DNA of 64,000 bases, taken from a bacterium (GTDB lineage: Bacteria > Patescibacteriota > Saccharimonadia > Saccharimonadales > SZUA-47). The stretch spans positions 65,516 to 129,515 of the forward strand of contig JAUIBF010000003.1 in the NCBI GenBank assembly GCA_030428125.1, read 5' to 3'. Below the pieces are notes generated by a model. It saw nothing but the letters and a program-made list of their open reading frames with translations. It made no database searches and was not told the DNA's origin. Both the position numbers and the translations under genes were made by a program. Positions 27,682-37,102 of this stretch are shown in pieces (position 1 is the first letter of the stretch; every line of letters begins with the position of its first letter).

Positions 27682-28161
27682 TTATATTTGTTGTTGTAGG
27701 CGCGGGACTAAATCTTCTCTGATGGCTCTTAGTGTCTGGCTAGTCGCCACTTCTTGATTACCGAATACCTTTACTATACTGCCAGCTATTACGCCGTATT
27801 CGGATATTATTCTGGCGTCAGGAGCCATTTCAGGTCCGTCATCGTAGGGTGAGACCCCAGCTGCTTCACGCTTAACTATTTGCAGGCCTTCAATAGGTGC
27901 GACCTCACGAATCTGACTCCAGCCTCTTTCGGTGCCATTCCATGCGTATAAAGCATTAGATAAATTAGGTGATCTATCACCTTTTAACCCAAACGCTCCG
28001 TCAACTAAGAAATGAAATGCCCTGCCATAACTCTGTTTAGAAAATCTCTGTGGTATTTGTCTGGCTAGAAACTCGAGATGTTCACGCAGTACCAAATCTT
28101 CTGGGTTAGATATCCCTTCAAGATATCCTAAATTTCCAGCTGTAGTTTTGATATCGGGCAT
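27682..28161 (-). CDS. hypothetical protein (second gene of the HTH operon)
   Basis: 159-aa ORF, 7 nt after the upstream gene. No motif recognised. Confidence 0.5.
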   Translation of the reverse strand: MPDIKTTAGNLGYLEGISNPEDLVLREHLEFLARQIPQRFSKQSYGRAFHFLVDGAFGLKGDRSPNLSNALYAWNGTERGWSQIREVAPIEGLQIVKREAAGVSPYDDGPEMAPDARIISEYGVIAGSIVKVFGNQEVATSQTLRAIREDLVPRLQQQI

Positions 28162-28168
28162 AAGAGTT

Positions 28169-29209
28169 TTAGTTATCTTCTGCGAGGGTGTATGTGGCTT
28201 TTGCAGTTCGTTTGAACTGGTCTTTGCCTTGAAGGTTTAGAAGGATAGTAGTTTCTTTAACGAATCTCTTCTTAAGCACTCTTTTGACGATTTCGTCTCG
28301 GTGTAGGGGTTCGCCTGACTCTTTTAGTACTTCAGTGATAACGTCAGCAACCGTTCCTTGCTTGAATCCCCACTCTTTTAGAGCGTAAATTCCACGTCCA
28401 ACAAGGATGAATCGCTTGTCTTTGATAAGTTCGTTATGAATCGCTTGGGTAGTAACATCTTTTCGTTTGAAATCTGAGCCGCTTATAGCTTCAGCGATTT
28501 CATTGAAGTGCATTTGTTTGCCGTTTTCGTAAAGGATAACGTAAATTTTGTCGCGAATATTTTTAGGATTAACCATTGGCCATTTTACAAGTCCCCAACG
28601 ACCGTTAAGGGTTGCAAGGTCTTTAGATACAGAAGCAAGCGCTCTAACTTCGTTTGCATCAGGGTGCCCCATTGCTCCAGCTACTTCTTCAATACTTACA
28701 GGCTTGCCAATTTTCTTTATAGCTGCAACTACATGCCCTACTTTTTCACGAACGCCCTTCTCTGAGTAGTCGCTAATTAGTGCTGCTGCATTGTGGAAGT
28801 GATCGTTTTCGTTCACAAACGTGATAGATGGTGCTAGTCTTGCAAGAAATGCTACACGTGATTGGTCAATTTTTGAATTTTTTTCTGTTAGCTTCTCTGA
28901 CAAGTCACTGATTTTAGATAGTTTTCCAGAAGATTTTAAGATTTCTACCAAAGCTTGGTCGGCTTCAGTTACGCTCGGGATGTCTTTCTTAGAAAGTGTT
29001 GTCAGCTTAGACATTACAGACTTTTCAAGCTGTCGTACCCTTTCCCTGGTAATCCCTAATAGCTCGCCGATTTGCTCTAGTGTTTCTTTTCTGTCGAATA
29101 GTCCGTAACGACGAGAAATAATCTCTCGTTCTCGCTCTCGGTCAATACTACCTAAAACTTCTTTAACGATACTCTCCACCGCTAGAGTTACTTCTGTTGT
29201 TTGTGACAT
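28169..29209 (-). CDS. sigma-70 region-4-like HTH protein with HARE-HTH-like repeats
   Basis: The N-terminus (REREIISRRYGL...TLEQIGELLGITRERVRQLEKSVMSKL) matches sigma region 4. The C-terminal part has repeats such as MHFNEIAEAI...RFILVGRGIYALKEWGF, which are RpoE-delta/HARE-HTH-like. Upstream are TTGACT-N17-TAGAAT and the SD AGAGGTGA. Confidence 0.65.
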   Translation of the reverse strand: MSQTTEVTLAVESIVKEVLGSIDREREREIISRRYGLFDRKETLEQIGELLGITRERVRQLEKSVMSKLTTLSKKDIPSVTEADQALVEILKSSGKLSKISDLSEKLTEKNSKIDQSRVAFLARLAPSITFVNENDHFHNAAALISDYSEKGVREKVGHVVAAIKKIGKPVSIEEVAGAMGHPDANEVRALASVSKDLATLNGRWGLVKWPMVNPKNIRDKIYVILYENGKQMHFNEIAEAISGSDFKRKDVTTQAIHNELIKDKRFILVGRGIYALKEWGFKQGTVADVITEVLKESGEPLHRDEIVKRVLKKRFVKETTILLNLQGKDQFKRTAKATYTLAEDN

Positions 29210-29370
29210 ATCACCTCTTCTTTTAAACTATTCTATAACAATACTTTGCAAAAGTCAACTATTGTTCTCTGATATATCTATTGTACCAGGATTTCGCTAT
29301 AAATTCATAAAAAAGGTGTGTCAATATTACTACAAAACAAACCCTACCCTGTTACAAATTTATTATGGTT

Positions 29371-31665
29371 TTACTTCTTAGACTTACGTTTTGTAAAGCG
29401 TTTTTTCTTCTTTGGAGCGTCAGCTATCATCTGCTTCGCTTGTTCTTCAGTGATGCTGGCTGGATCAGTGTCTTTTGGTATGCGAGCATTGGTTTTGTCC
29501 TTCTTAATATATGGTCCATACGGGCCGTTCAAGATTGCAATTCCACTGTCTGGGAACTCTTTAATCGGCTTCCGTTTTTCATCAAGTTCTGCAATTGCTT
29601 TCTTGGCATCATCAAGGGAAATTGTTAGCGGGTCGTGACCTTTTATAGAGTAGAATTTACCTTTAGCCTGTACGTATGGCCCGAAACGACCGATATTTGC
29701 TTTGATTTCTTCTCCGTCATCAGTATTTCCGACTACCCTTGGGAGTTTGAACATTTCTAGAGCTTGCTCTAACGTGACATTTTCTAGCGTCACGCCTTCT
29801 GGCAGTGGTGCAAATCGTGGCTTTTCTTCATCTGTTGCTTCACCAATCTGTAGCATTGGCCCAAATCTGCCGTAGCGCGCAATCACTGGCTTACCTGATT
29901 TAGGATCCTTACCTAGGGTTGTACTTTGAGTACTTTCACTCCTTGAAATAGAGTCAGAAGCTTCAATTAAAGGATGGAACTCTTTGTTATAAAAGTCGGC
30001 AATCATGGTATTCCACTTCTCTTTGCCGTCTGCGATTTTGTCGAATTCCTCTTCGACGTTAGCTGTGAAGTCATAGTCGACAATAGGCATGAAATTCTTG
30101 GTCAGGAAGTCGGTTGTCACCTTTGCTGTCGAGGTCGGCACCAGCTTGTTCCGGTCGGCTCCGTAGCGCTCCGTAACCGTTTCTTCGGATATATTACCAC
30201 TATCAAGTGTTAGCTGGATTACTTCCCTCTCTTCGCCCTCTAGGTCTGTTTTTTCGATATATCCGCGGTCTTGAATTGTACCGATAGTCGGAGCATAGGT
30301 ACTCGGACGGCCAATACCCATTTCCTCGAGTTTGCGGACCAAGCTAGCTTCACTGTAGCGGGCAGGTGCACGGTTGAATACCTCTCGAGCCACCATTTGT
30401 TGTAAGTCCATGGTGTCGTCGACTTTAAGGGGAGGAATTATTTTATCCTCTTTTCCTCCACCGTAAACACTGAAGAATCCGTCAAAAATCAGTACTTCGC
30501 CCTTGCCGACCAACGTTTCCGATCGGCCTTCAACTGCTACTGTGACCTCTGTTTTCTCGATTTCAGCACTAGCCATTTGCGAGGCCACAGCCCGTTTCCA
30601 GATTAGCTCATAAAGTTTACGCTGTTGGTCGTCATTTCCAACTGATGTTTTAGAAAAGTGAGTTGGTCGGATTGCTTCGTGAGCTTCTTGAGCACTCTGA
30701 TTTTTTGTCGCGTATTGACGGTATTGGTGGTATTTCTTGCCGTACTTATCCTCCACATATTTACCAATTTGGCTGGTAGCTTGACCAGATAAAACGGTGC
30801 TGTCAGTACGCATATAAGTAATATGACCATTTTCGTACAGTCTCTGTGCAAGCAGCATAGTTTGCTTAACTCCGTACCCTAATCTGTTAGAGGCCTCTTG
30901 CTGGAGTGTTGAAGTAGTAAATGGAGCCGAAGGGCTTCTTTTACCCGGTTTTTTGGCGATATCGGTAATAGTAAGCTTGGCTTTTGTGCTATCTTCCAGT
31001 AACTTTTTAGCTTTATCGATGTTTTCCAGCTTTTTTGATAATTCAGTTTCTAAGATTTCCCCTGTTTTGGCTCGTAAATCAGCAGTAACTTTAACAGTTT
31101 TGTCAGCGTTAAATGCGTCAATTTCCTCTTCACGCTCCTGAATTAGGCGTACTGCTACTGATTGCACACGACCAGCACTCAGGCCTGGGCGGATTTTCTT
31201 CCACAAAACTGGGCTTAATTCATAACCAACCAACCTGTCTAGCACTCTCCTTGCCTGCTGAGCGTCAACCAGGTTCTTATCTACAGTCCTTGGGGCTTTT
31301 ATAGCCTCTTCTATCGCGTTTTTGGTTATTTCATGGAAAACTATGCGTTTTGTGGTTTTGTCGTCTAATTTAAGCGCTTGCGCAAGGTGCCAGGCAATAG
31401 CTTCTCCCTCACGGTCTTCATCAGATGCTAGCCAGACGGTTTCTGCTGCTTTTACTGCTTTGCGCAGGTCAGCGACAACCTTTTTCTTATCGGCGCCGAT
31501 TTCATACGTAGGAGCGAAATCGTTATCTTTATCAATGCTCATGCCCTTTTTAGGCAAATCACGGATGTGGCCAAAGCTAGAAAGAACTTTGAAGTCTTTA
31601 CCTAAGTAGCCTTCAATAGTTTTTGCTTTCGCTGGGCTCTCTACGATAACCAAGTTTTTAGCCAT
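29371..31665 (-). CDS. topA: DNA topoisomerase I
   Basis: Toprim LVIVESPAKAKTI, DEDREGE, active-site region YMRTDS, and C-terminal GRFGPY repeats; 764 aa. Confidence 0.95.
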   Translation of the reverse strand: MAKNLVIVESPAKAKTIEGYLGKDFKVLSSFGHIRDLPKKGMSIDKDNDFAPTYEIGADKKKVVADLRKAVKAAETVWLASDEDREGEAIAWHLAQALKLDDKTTKRIVFHEITKNAIEEAIKAPRTVDKNLVDAQQARRVLDRLVGYELSPVLWKKIRPGLSAGRVQSVAVRLIQEREEEIDAFNADKTVKVTADLRAKTGEILETELSKKLENIDKAKKLLEDSTKAKLTITDIAKKPGKRSPSAPFTTSTLQQEASNRLGYGVKQTMLLAQRLYENGHITYMRTDSTVLSGQATSQIGKYVEDKYGKKYHQYRQYATKNQSAQEAHEAIRPTHFSKTSVGNDDQQRKLYELIWKRAVASQMASAEIEKTEVTVAVEGRSETLVGKGEVLIFDGFFSVYGGGKEDKIIPPLKVDDTMDLQQMVAREVFNRAPARYSEASLVRKLEEMGIGRPSTYAPTIGTIQDRGYIEKTDLEGEEREVIQLTLDSGNISEETVTERYGADRNKLVPTSTAKVTTDFLTKNFMPIVDYDFTANVEEEFDKIADGKEKWNTMIADFYNKEFHPLIEASDSISRSESTQSTTLGKDPKSGKPVIARYGRFGPMLQIGEATDEEKPRFAPLPEGVTLENVTLEQALEMFKLPRVVGNTDDGEEIKANIGRFGPYVQAKGKFYSIKGHDPLTISLDDAKKAIAELDEKRKPIKEFPDSGIAILNGPYGPYIKKDKTNARIPKDTDPASITEEQAKQMIADAPKKKKRFTKRKSKK

Positions 31666-31768
31666 ATATAAGTATGTTCATCCTTAACATTAGCGTTTAG
31701 TATAACTTAACACATTCAGTGCGATTGGCTAGAATAGCAGACAAAATGCTGAGTTTGCAAAAGAAATT

Positions 31769-32623
31769 TTATTTTAGCTGCCATAACCCCAACGAGTCTT
31801 GGGTGATTTTTCCCTGAATCTCTAGCATTGTTAGATGAGTTTGGAGTTCTGTTGTCTTGAGCTTTGTTTCTGCTTGCAAGGTATCAGGATCATTTAACCC
31901 TTTAGCTATTTTCTGCAGGATTAACGTCTCTGCTTCGTTCTCGCCAGCTAAATCTAGCTTTTGCTGACTAGGTTTTGAATTGATACCTAAGGCGCTAAGC
32001 ACGTCCGATGCTTCGGTAACCACTTTCGCCCCTCTTTTGAGTAGTTGATTTGTGCCCTCGCTCATAGGACTCGTCGTGTTACCGGGTACAGCAAAGACTG
32101 GTATTCCTAGCTCCCGTGCATTACGGGCAGTATTCAAACTACCAGACTTGTCGGTTGCCTCAGGGATTACTACGGCGTCGCATAGGGTGGCAACTATACG
32201 GTTTCGTTCTAGAAATTTAACTCTTGGTGGCATATTTTTGGGCTGGACTTCCGTTAAAAGAGCGCCTCTTTGTTCTAATATTCGCTCCGCTATCATCCGA
32301 TTGGTCGCTGGGTAACCAGTAGGTAAATCAGGCAGTACAGCTATAGTAGATCCACCAGCATCCAAACAGGCTTTATGGGCCAGACTATCGATGCCTAATG
32401 CCAATCCACTAACAATAATCACACCCTCCCTTGCTAGTCCCTGAGTGAGCTTTTCGGTCATCATCTTGCCGTAAGCAGTCGGTTTCCTGGTTCCAACAAC
32501 AGCTACAAACTTGTGATTAACTAGGTCATTTATGTCCACTCCACTAAAAGTCAACTCACCAACTGATTTGTCTAACCTGTTCAACTTATGTTTTAACTGG
32601 GGTGAAAGCTTAAGCTTTTTCAT
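31769..32623 (-). CDS. dprA: DNA-processing protein DprA
   Basis: Rossmann-like VAVVGTRKPTAYG...IVSGLALGIDSLAHKA...VLP, with a C-terminal winged-helix-like tail. Confidence 0.9.
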   Translation of the reverse strand: MKKLKLSPQLKHKLNRLDKSVGELTFSGVDINDLVNHKFVAVVGTRKPTAYGKMMTEKLTQGLAREGVIIVSGLALGIDSLAHKACLDAGGSTIAVLPDLPTGYPATNRMIAERILEQRGALLTEVQPKNMPPRVKFLERNRIVATLCDAVVIPEATDKSGSLNTARNARELGIPVFAVPGNTTSPMSEGTNQLLKRGAKVVTEASDVLSALGINSKPSQQKLDLAGENEAETLILQKIAKGLNDPDTLQAETKLKTTELQTHLTMLEIQGKITQDSLGLWQLK

Positions 32624-32662
32624 AATATATACTTGTCAAACTCTCAAAAATATAAAATAGTA

Positions 32663-32690
32663 TTGACTTATGACATATTTTTGCTATAAT
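32663..32690 (+). promoter_or_regulatory. strong promoter with no ORF behind it (TTGACT-N16-TATAAT)
   Basis: TTGACT at 32663-32668 and TATAAT at 32685-32690. The -10 context GCTATAATAAC is identical to that of the 5901 promoter. Confidence 0.5.
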
Positions 32691-32696
32691 AACAAC

Positions 32697-33030
32697 TTGT
32701 AAGCGTACATTTGAGACGCATTACGTACCTTTACCCCTAAATTCTAACACTAAAAAAGTATTAGAATTTAAGTTTTACAACTGCTAGCAAGTCGTTGTTA
32801 CCCTCCACGCCTTTTAGCTCTTACCCTAGAGGTAAAAGTTGTAAAACACTTATCCCCTTTAACCCCGTTTCCCCCTCTCGTTTTATTTGAGTTTTGGGCT
32901 CGGAAATCGGACATACCTTATGGATGGGCTTTGTGCACTTTTGCGAGACTGCATAAAGATAAGCCTTCAAGGTGGGTTGAAGGGTGTAAAAGGCCTACAG
33001 CGGTGCCCACCCCCTCTGTAGGCCTTTTAC
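32697..33030 (+). ncRNA. candidate structured RNA or long cis-regulatory leader (family unknown)
   Basis: About 334 nt with no ORF of 60 codons or more. Hairpins are AATTCTAA/TTAGAATT, GTTTTACAACT/AGTTGTAAAAC (11 bp), CCTTCAA/TTGAAGG with loop GGTGGG, and GTAAAAGGCCTACAG/CTGTAGGCCTTTTAC (15 bp), whose loop contains CCCACC. Confidence 0.3.
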
Positions 33031-33074
33031 ATTTAAGAAGAAAAAACATTTTACTTATGCTTGCATTATAGTTC

Positions 33075-33962
33075 GTGCTACCTGATAGTATGCGCATGGC
33101 ATTTGATTCAACTGGTGAGATTTCATGGGAAATCCCTGATGGTTATTATGAAAATATTGCGCAAAGTGATGTTAGTAGCTTCGTGCATTTAACTGGTCGC
33201 TTAGCCTTGGCACCTATTTCTATTGCAAGATTTGGCCGTCCAGTTATCGATACAACAGAGGCATTTGAAGAAGCTAGACCACAATTTGGTGATGGAAATA
33301 TTATTATCGCAAGCACACACCGTAGTGACTGGGAAACGGTTTTACAGCCTGCAGTTTTTGAGAGAGTAGGTCTTCATCATGCGAGACCTATCGCTAAGTT
33401 AGAGCCGATGTTTCAGCCAAGGTGGATGAGATACGTAATGCATAAACTCGGTGCATATGCAGTAGATAAGCGTCCAGGCCATTCTGACAATCTAGGTTTA
33501 CAAACCGCAGCAAGTGGGATTTTGCAGAGGGGCGGGATTCTAACCTACTACATGGAGGGCGCAAGAATGACTGAAAATCCTAATATTGTCGAGTCAGTAA
33601 AGCCTGGTGGTGTAATTTCTGCCACAGTCAATGATAGTTTGGTGGTGCCTACATCTTTTGCTGGAATATCAAAACTTACAGAGGGCAAAGGTGAAGATAA
33701 AATAAATGTGGCAAGGGATGAGCCTAGTATGTTCGGCAGGCAGAGAAAGCTTGTTGCCGCTTTCGGAGATCCATACAGATTAGAACAGCCCGGTTTTGAT
33801 GTAGATATGCTTCTTGCTAACCCGCGCAAACTCGACAAGTCTCAAAGAGGTGAATACTTTGACTATTTACGAGAGCAATCAGAGGTTGTACGAGTGTCTA
33901 TGCAAACAGTTCTAGACCGAGCTTATGAACTTCGTGGTTCGTATCTAGAGCAAATAGCGTAA
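33075..33962 (+). CDS. PlsC/LPLAT-like acyltransferase
   Basis: HRSDWE (an HX4D/E-like block) and YMEGARM (an FPEGTR-like block). The start is uncertain: GTG at 33075, or ATG at 33090 or 33096. Confidence 0.5.
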   Translation: MLPDSMRMAFDSTGEISWEIPDGYYENIAQSDVSSFVHLTGRLALAPISIARFGRPVIDTTEAFEEARPQFGDGNIIIASTHRSDWETVLQPAVFERVGLHHARPIAKLEPMFQPRWMRYVMHKLGAYAVDKRPGHSDNLGLQTAASGILQRGGILTYYMEGARMTENPNIVESVKPGGVISATVNDSLVVPTSFAGISKLTEGKGEDKINVARDEPSMFGRQRKLVAAFGDPYRLEQPGFDVDMLLANPRKLDKSQRGEYFDYLREQSEVVRVSMQTVLDRAYELRGSYLEQIA

Positions 33963-33964
33963 TA

Positions 33965-33994
33965 TTGACAAAATAACGATAAACATGATATAAT
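33965..33994 (+). promoter_or_regulatory. near-consensus promoter (TTGACA-N18-TATAAT)
   Basis: TTGACA at 33965-33970 and TATAAT at 33989-33994. The ATG at 34001 is 6 nt downstream. Confidence 0.5.
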
Positions 33995-34000
33995 AGAAGT

Positions 34001-34243
34001 ATGAATGATGAGTTTGGAAAAAGAACAGTTTTTAGTGGGGCGTTTCAAGCTCCTGCTCCAGAATTTGAAGCTCCTTGGGGTGAAGGTCAGAGACCACAAC
34101 CTACCCGAAGAGCCGAGATAAGCATTCCAGGGATGCCAAAAGGCACAGTAGTGCCCTTGGACCAAGACGTATTAATGGTCCCAACTCACGAAACTATTAG
34201 TGCGGCAAGTGACTTGCCACCTGCACCTAGAGATCAATTGTAA
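34001..34243 (+). CDS. possible 80-aa Pro-rich leaderless small protein
   Basis: The ORF starts 6 nt after a consensus -10. Its 3' end overlaps the pth 3' end by 17 nt. Composition is disordered (P, A, E, Q). Confidence 0.4.
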   Translation: MNDEFGKRTVFSGAFQAPAPEFEAPWGEGQRPQPTRRAEISIPGMPKGTVVPLDQDVLMVPTHETISAASDLPPAPRDQL

Positions 34244-34865
34244 TCGAGTGTTCGGACAAAGGTCCAGCGCTGCGCTCGTCTAAAATAGTGCAAACTTCGT
34301 TCAAAATCTTATGAATATTTGGTTTTTCCTTGTCGGAAAAATCCTGCAATACAAAGTCTGCGCTGTCAATTTGTGGAGGAGATTTCGGGCCTACGCCTAC
34401 CCTGACTCGTGCAAAATCGTCACCAATTAAACTTTTTAGAGATTTTATACCGTTATGGCCGGCGGACCCACCCCCTAGCCTGGTCCTGATGGTCCCAAAA
34501 TTTACGTCTAGTTCGTCGTAAACAGCAGTCGTATCAGAGTTGTATAGCCGATAAAATTTTTGAATTTTTTGCGCTGCTTCACCACTGTTGTTCATAAAAG
34601 TCGTAGGTTTGGCCAAAATGACTTTAGTTGAGCCTACCATTCCCTCGCTCATCAGGCATTTTAAGTCTTTTTTTTCTGTCCAGTTAGAGAAATCGTGCGT
34701 CGATTGGTACTTATCTAGCGCCATAAACCCTAGGTTGTGACGGTTTGCCGAGTATTTCTTGCCTGGATTGCCGAGGCCGATAACTAGAATTGTCGAAGAA
34801 TTGCCAATTGTATAAAACGGCTGCGCGTCATAAAAGTTAGTTTTCTTACGATCAAATAAGCCCAT
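34227..34865 (-). CDS. pth: peptidyl-tRNA hydrolase
   Basis: LVIGLGNPGKKYSANRHNLGF, GGGSAGHNGIKS. Confidence 0.92.
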   Translation of the reverse strand: MGLFDRKKTNFYDAQPFYTIGNSSTILVIGLGNPGKKYSANRHNLGFMALDKYQSTHDFSNWTEKKDLKCLMSEGMVGSTKVILAKPTTFMNNSGEAAQKIQKFYRLYNSDTTAVYDELDVNFGTIRTRLGGGSAGHNGIKSLKSLIGDDFARVRVGVGPKSPPQIDSADFVLQDFSDKEKPNIHKILNEVCTILDERSAGPLSEHSITIDL

Positions 34866-34899
34866 ATGACAACCAGTATAGCTTACTTAGTTATGCCAG

Positions 34900-35622
34900 C
34901 TATAGCTTACGTTCTACCAAATCAAGCCACGAGTCATGAACGGCTTGTAGGCCTGCAGCATATATTAGACGTTGATCGCTCATTCTTCTGGACTCTAAGG
35001 TATAGTCTGGTGAACGTGGCGTCGTAGACTCTCTATCGATAACTGAATCGAACTCCCTGTATCCAGTGAATGGAAAAGCTACGTCTCCCCACTTTGTTCT
35101 AAATGCTACGTCAGGGCTTCTGAATTCATCAGGGTCAAGTCTATTGCTTGCAATGTGAGATCCCCCCGCATCAAATGTAGAAACCAAGCACATCCTAGGG
35201 TCAATATACCTGTTTATAACAGAGTGATACTTGTAACCTTTTCTTTTAGCTTCTTCATAGAACCCTCTACTTCTTGCGGGGATAGTGTCTAAGCGTAGCA
35301 CCGCGTTAACTCCTTCAGCAATTTCTACTGCGTTGCTTTTGACTCCCACAGATGGGTAGCTGCTATTTTTTGGTCTGCCATAAGTAGCTACACCAGCTTC
35401 AAATAACAGTTCTTTGTGTCTTTTTACCGTACCCCATACTGCCGCTACTAAATCTTCGGTCGTCCATCCGTCTGCGTATCTTTGAGTGCCGATATTTACT
35501 ACTTGTGCATTACGAGCATCTATCGCAAACTCTTCTGCAAATCCCAATGATTCTCTAAGTCGCCTAACCCGATCAAAATTTTCTATAGTCAACTCTGCAG
35601 GTCCAGTTTCTGGTTGAGCCAT
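34900..35622 (-). CDS. hypothetical protein
   Basis: 240-aa ORF with the SD AAGGGAG 6 nt upstream. No motif recognised. Confidence 0.5.
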   Translation of the reverse strand: MAQPETGPAELTIENFDRVRRLRESLGFAEEFAIDARNAQVVNIGTQRYADGWTTEDLVAAVWGTVKRHKELLFEAGVATYGRPKNSSYPSVGVKSNAVEIAEGVNAVLRLDTIPARSRGFYEEAKRKGYKYHSVINRYIDPRMCLVSTFDAGGSHIASNRLDPDEFRSPDVAFRTKWGDVAFPFTGYREFDSVIDRESTTPRSPDYTLESRRMSDQRLIYAAGLQAVHDSWLDLVERKL

Positions 35623-35687
35623 ATTTCTCCCTTAAATTATAAAGGAAATATATCACTAGCCATTCTATTTAACAAAAGCAGTATTGA

Positions 35688-37079
35688 CTATTGTTCTTTT
35701 TTACGTCTTACAGAGTCTCGGTTGCCGTTGTTTTTGAATTCTTTAGGTCGTTCTACGTCTCTGTCAATAAACCAAAGTTGAATTGGAGACCCTACATAGT
35801 CCCAGGACTCACGCATCATGCGGTCCATGTGTCGTCTGTAGCTCCAGTGTAAGAACTTAGTTTGGCTTCCGAACACCTTGAATGCTGGGATTGGATTGCC
35901 TTCTTCTTGCACCATATAACGCAATTTTGGCTGACGATTTTTTAAGCCGGCAGGAGGATGCCGGTCGGTAACTGATTTAAGCCAACGGTTTAGGTCTCTA
36001 GTCGGGATTTGTTGTGCCCTGCGTTCCATAATTTCTAGTGTCAAATCAAACAGTTTGGTAACGTTTTTGCCGGTTTCCGAACTGGTAAAAATTAGAGGTG
36101 CCCAAGGAACGAAATCGAAATCATGTGCAATGCCTGGAGCCATATTGTCACGGGTAAATTCGTCCTTGTCTTCTTTGATATCCCACTTACTGACGACCAG
36201 TACCAATCCTTTACCTGCTTCTTTAACCATGCCGGCAATTTTTTGGTCTAGCGCAACACTTAGTTCATTAGCATCGATTAACAAGAAACATACGTCTGCT
36301 TCCTCGATAGCTTTAAGAGAACGAAGCACGCTAAATTGCTCAATCCCTCTTTCAATCTTGCCACTTCGCCTAATACCTGCCGTATCCATCAGTTCGAGTT
36401 CACGGTTCTTATATTTGACGATGGTGTGGTTCACGTCTCTAGTTGTGCCTGCTCTGTCAGCAACAATTGCCTGCTGTTTCTTGGCCATAGCATTGTACAA
36501 GCTGGACTTACCTACATTTGGCCGTCCTAATAACGCAATTCGTATTCGGTCATCAGCCTCTTTTATCGATGCTGGTGGCAGTGCTTCCTCTAGCGCGTCT
36601 TCTAGTTCTTCAAAACCACGTTTTTGAGTAGCCGAAGTAGCGATTAACGGTTTTATACCTAGTTTTTCGAAGTTTTTAATCTGATCTTTTTTAGCTTTAT
36701 CAGATTTATTAACAAGTAGAATCAGCTTCTTGCCACTCTTGAAAGCCATCTTGGCAACTCGGCGGTCTTCTTCAGTGATAATCGTCGTGCCATCAACGGT
36801 GACTAGGATGACATCGGCGCTGTTGGCTGCTTCTGTAATCTGGTCCTGAATTGATAATTCGAAGGCGTCGGCTGCATCCTTCAAGCCAGCAGTATCAACT
36901 AGCCAGAAATCTTTGCCTGATTCAAGCGTAGCGCGCGCGTGGATAGAATCTCGGGTCGTTCCTGGCTCATTGGCGACAATCGCCTCACGTCGGCCTAGAA
37001 GCGCGTTAAATAGGCTACTTTTGCCCACGTTTGCTCTACCGATTATGGCAACTATTGGTACCTTGGTCTTACTCATCAC
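35688..37079 (-). CDS. der: ribosome-assembly GTPase Der (EngA)
   Basis: Two GTPase domains (GRANVGKSSL and GRPNVGKSSL; DTAG twice; NKSD and SKWD), a KH-like C-terminus and a basic tail. Confidence 0.93.
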   Translation of the reverse strand: MMSKTKVPIVAIIGRANVGKSSLFNALLGRREAIVANEPGTTRDSIHARATLESGKDFWLVDTAGLKDAADAFELSIQDQITEAANSADVILVTVDGTTIITEEDRRVAKMAFKSGKKLILLVNKSDKAKKDQIKNFEKLGIKPLIATSATQKRGFEELEDALEEALPPASIKEADDRIRIALLGRPNVGKSSLYNAMAKKQQAIVADRAGTTRDVNHTIVKYKNRELELMDTAGIRRSGKIERGIEQFSVLRSLKAIEEADVCFLLIDANELSVALDQKIAGMVKEAGKGLVLVVSKWDIKEDKDEFTRDNMAPGIAHDFDFVPWAPLIFTSSETGKNVTKLFDLTLEIMERRAQQIPTRDLNRWLKSVTDRHPPAGLKNRQPKLRYMVQEEGNPIPAFKVFGSQTKFLHWSYRRHMDRMMRESWDYVGSPIQLWFIDRDVERPKEFKNNGNRDSVRRKKEQ

Positions 37080-37102
37080 TTTTATTCTACAGAACCCATA
37101 TA

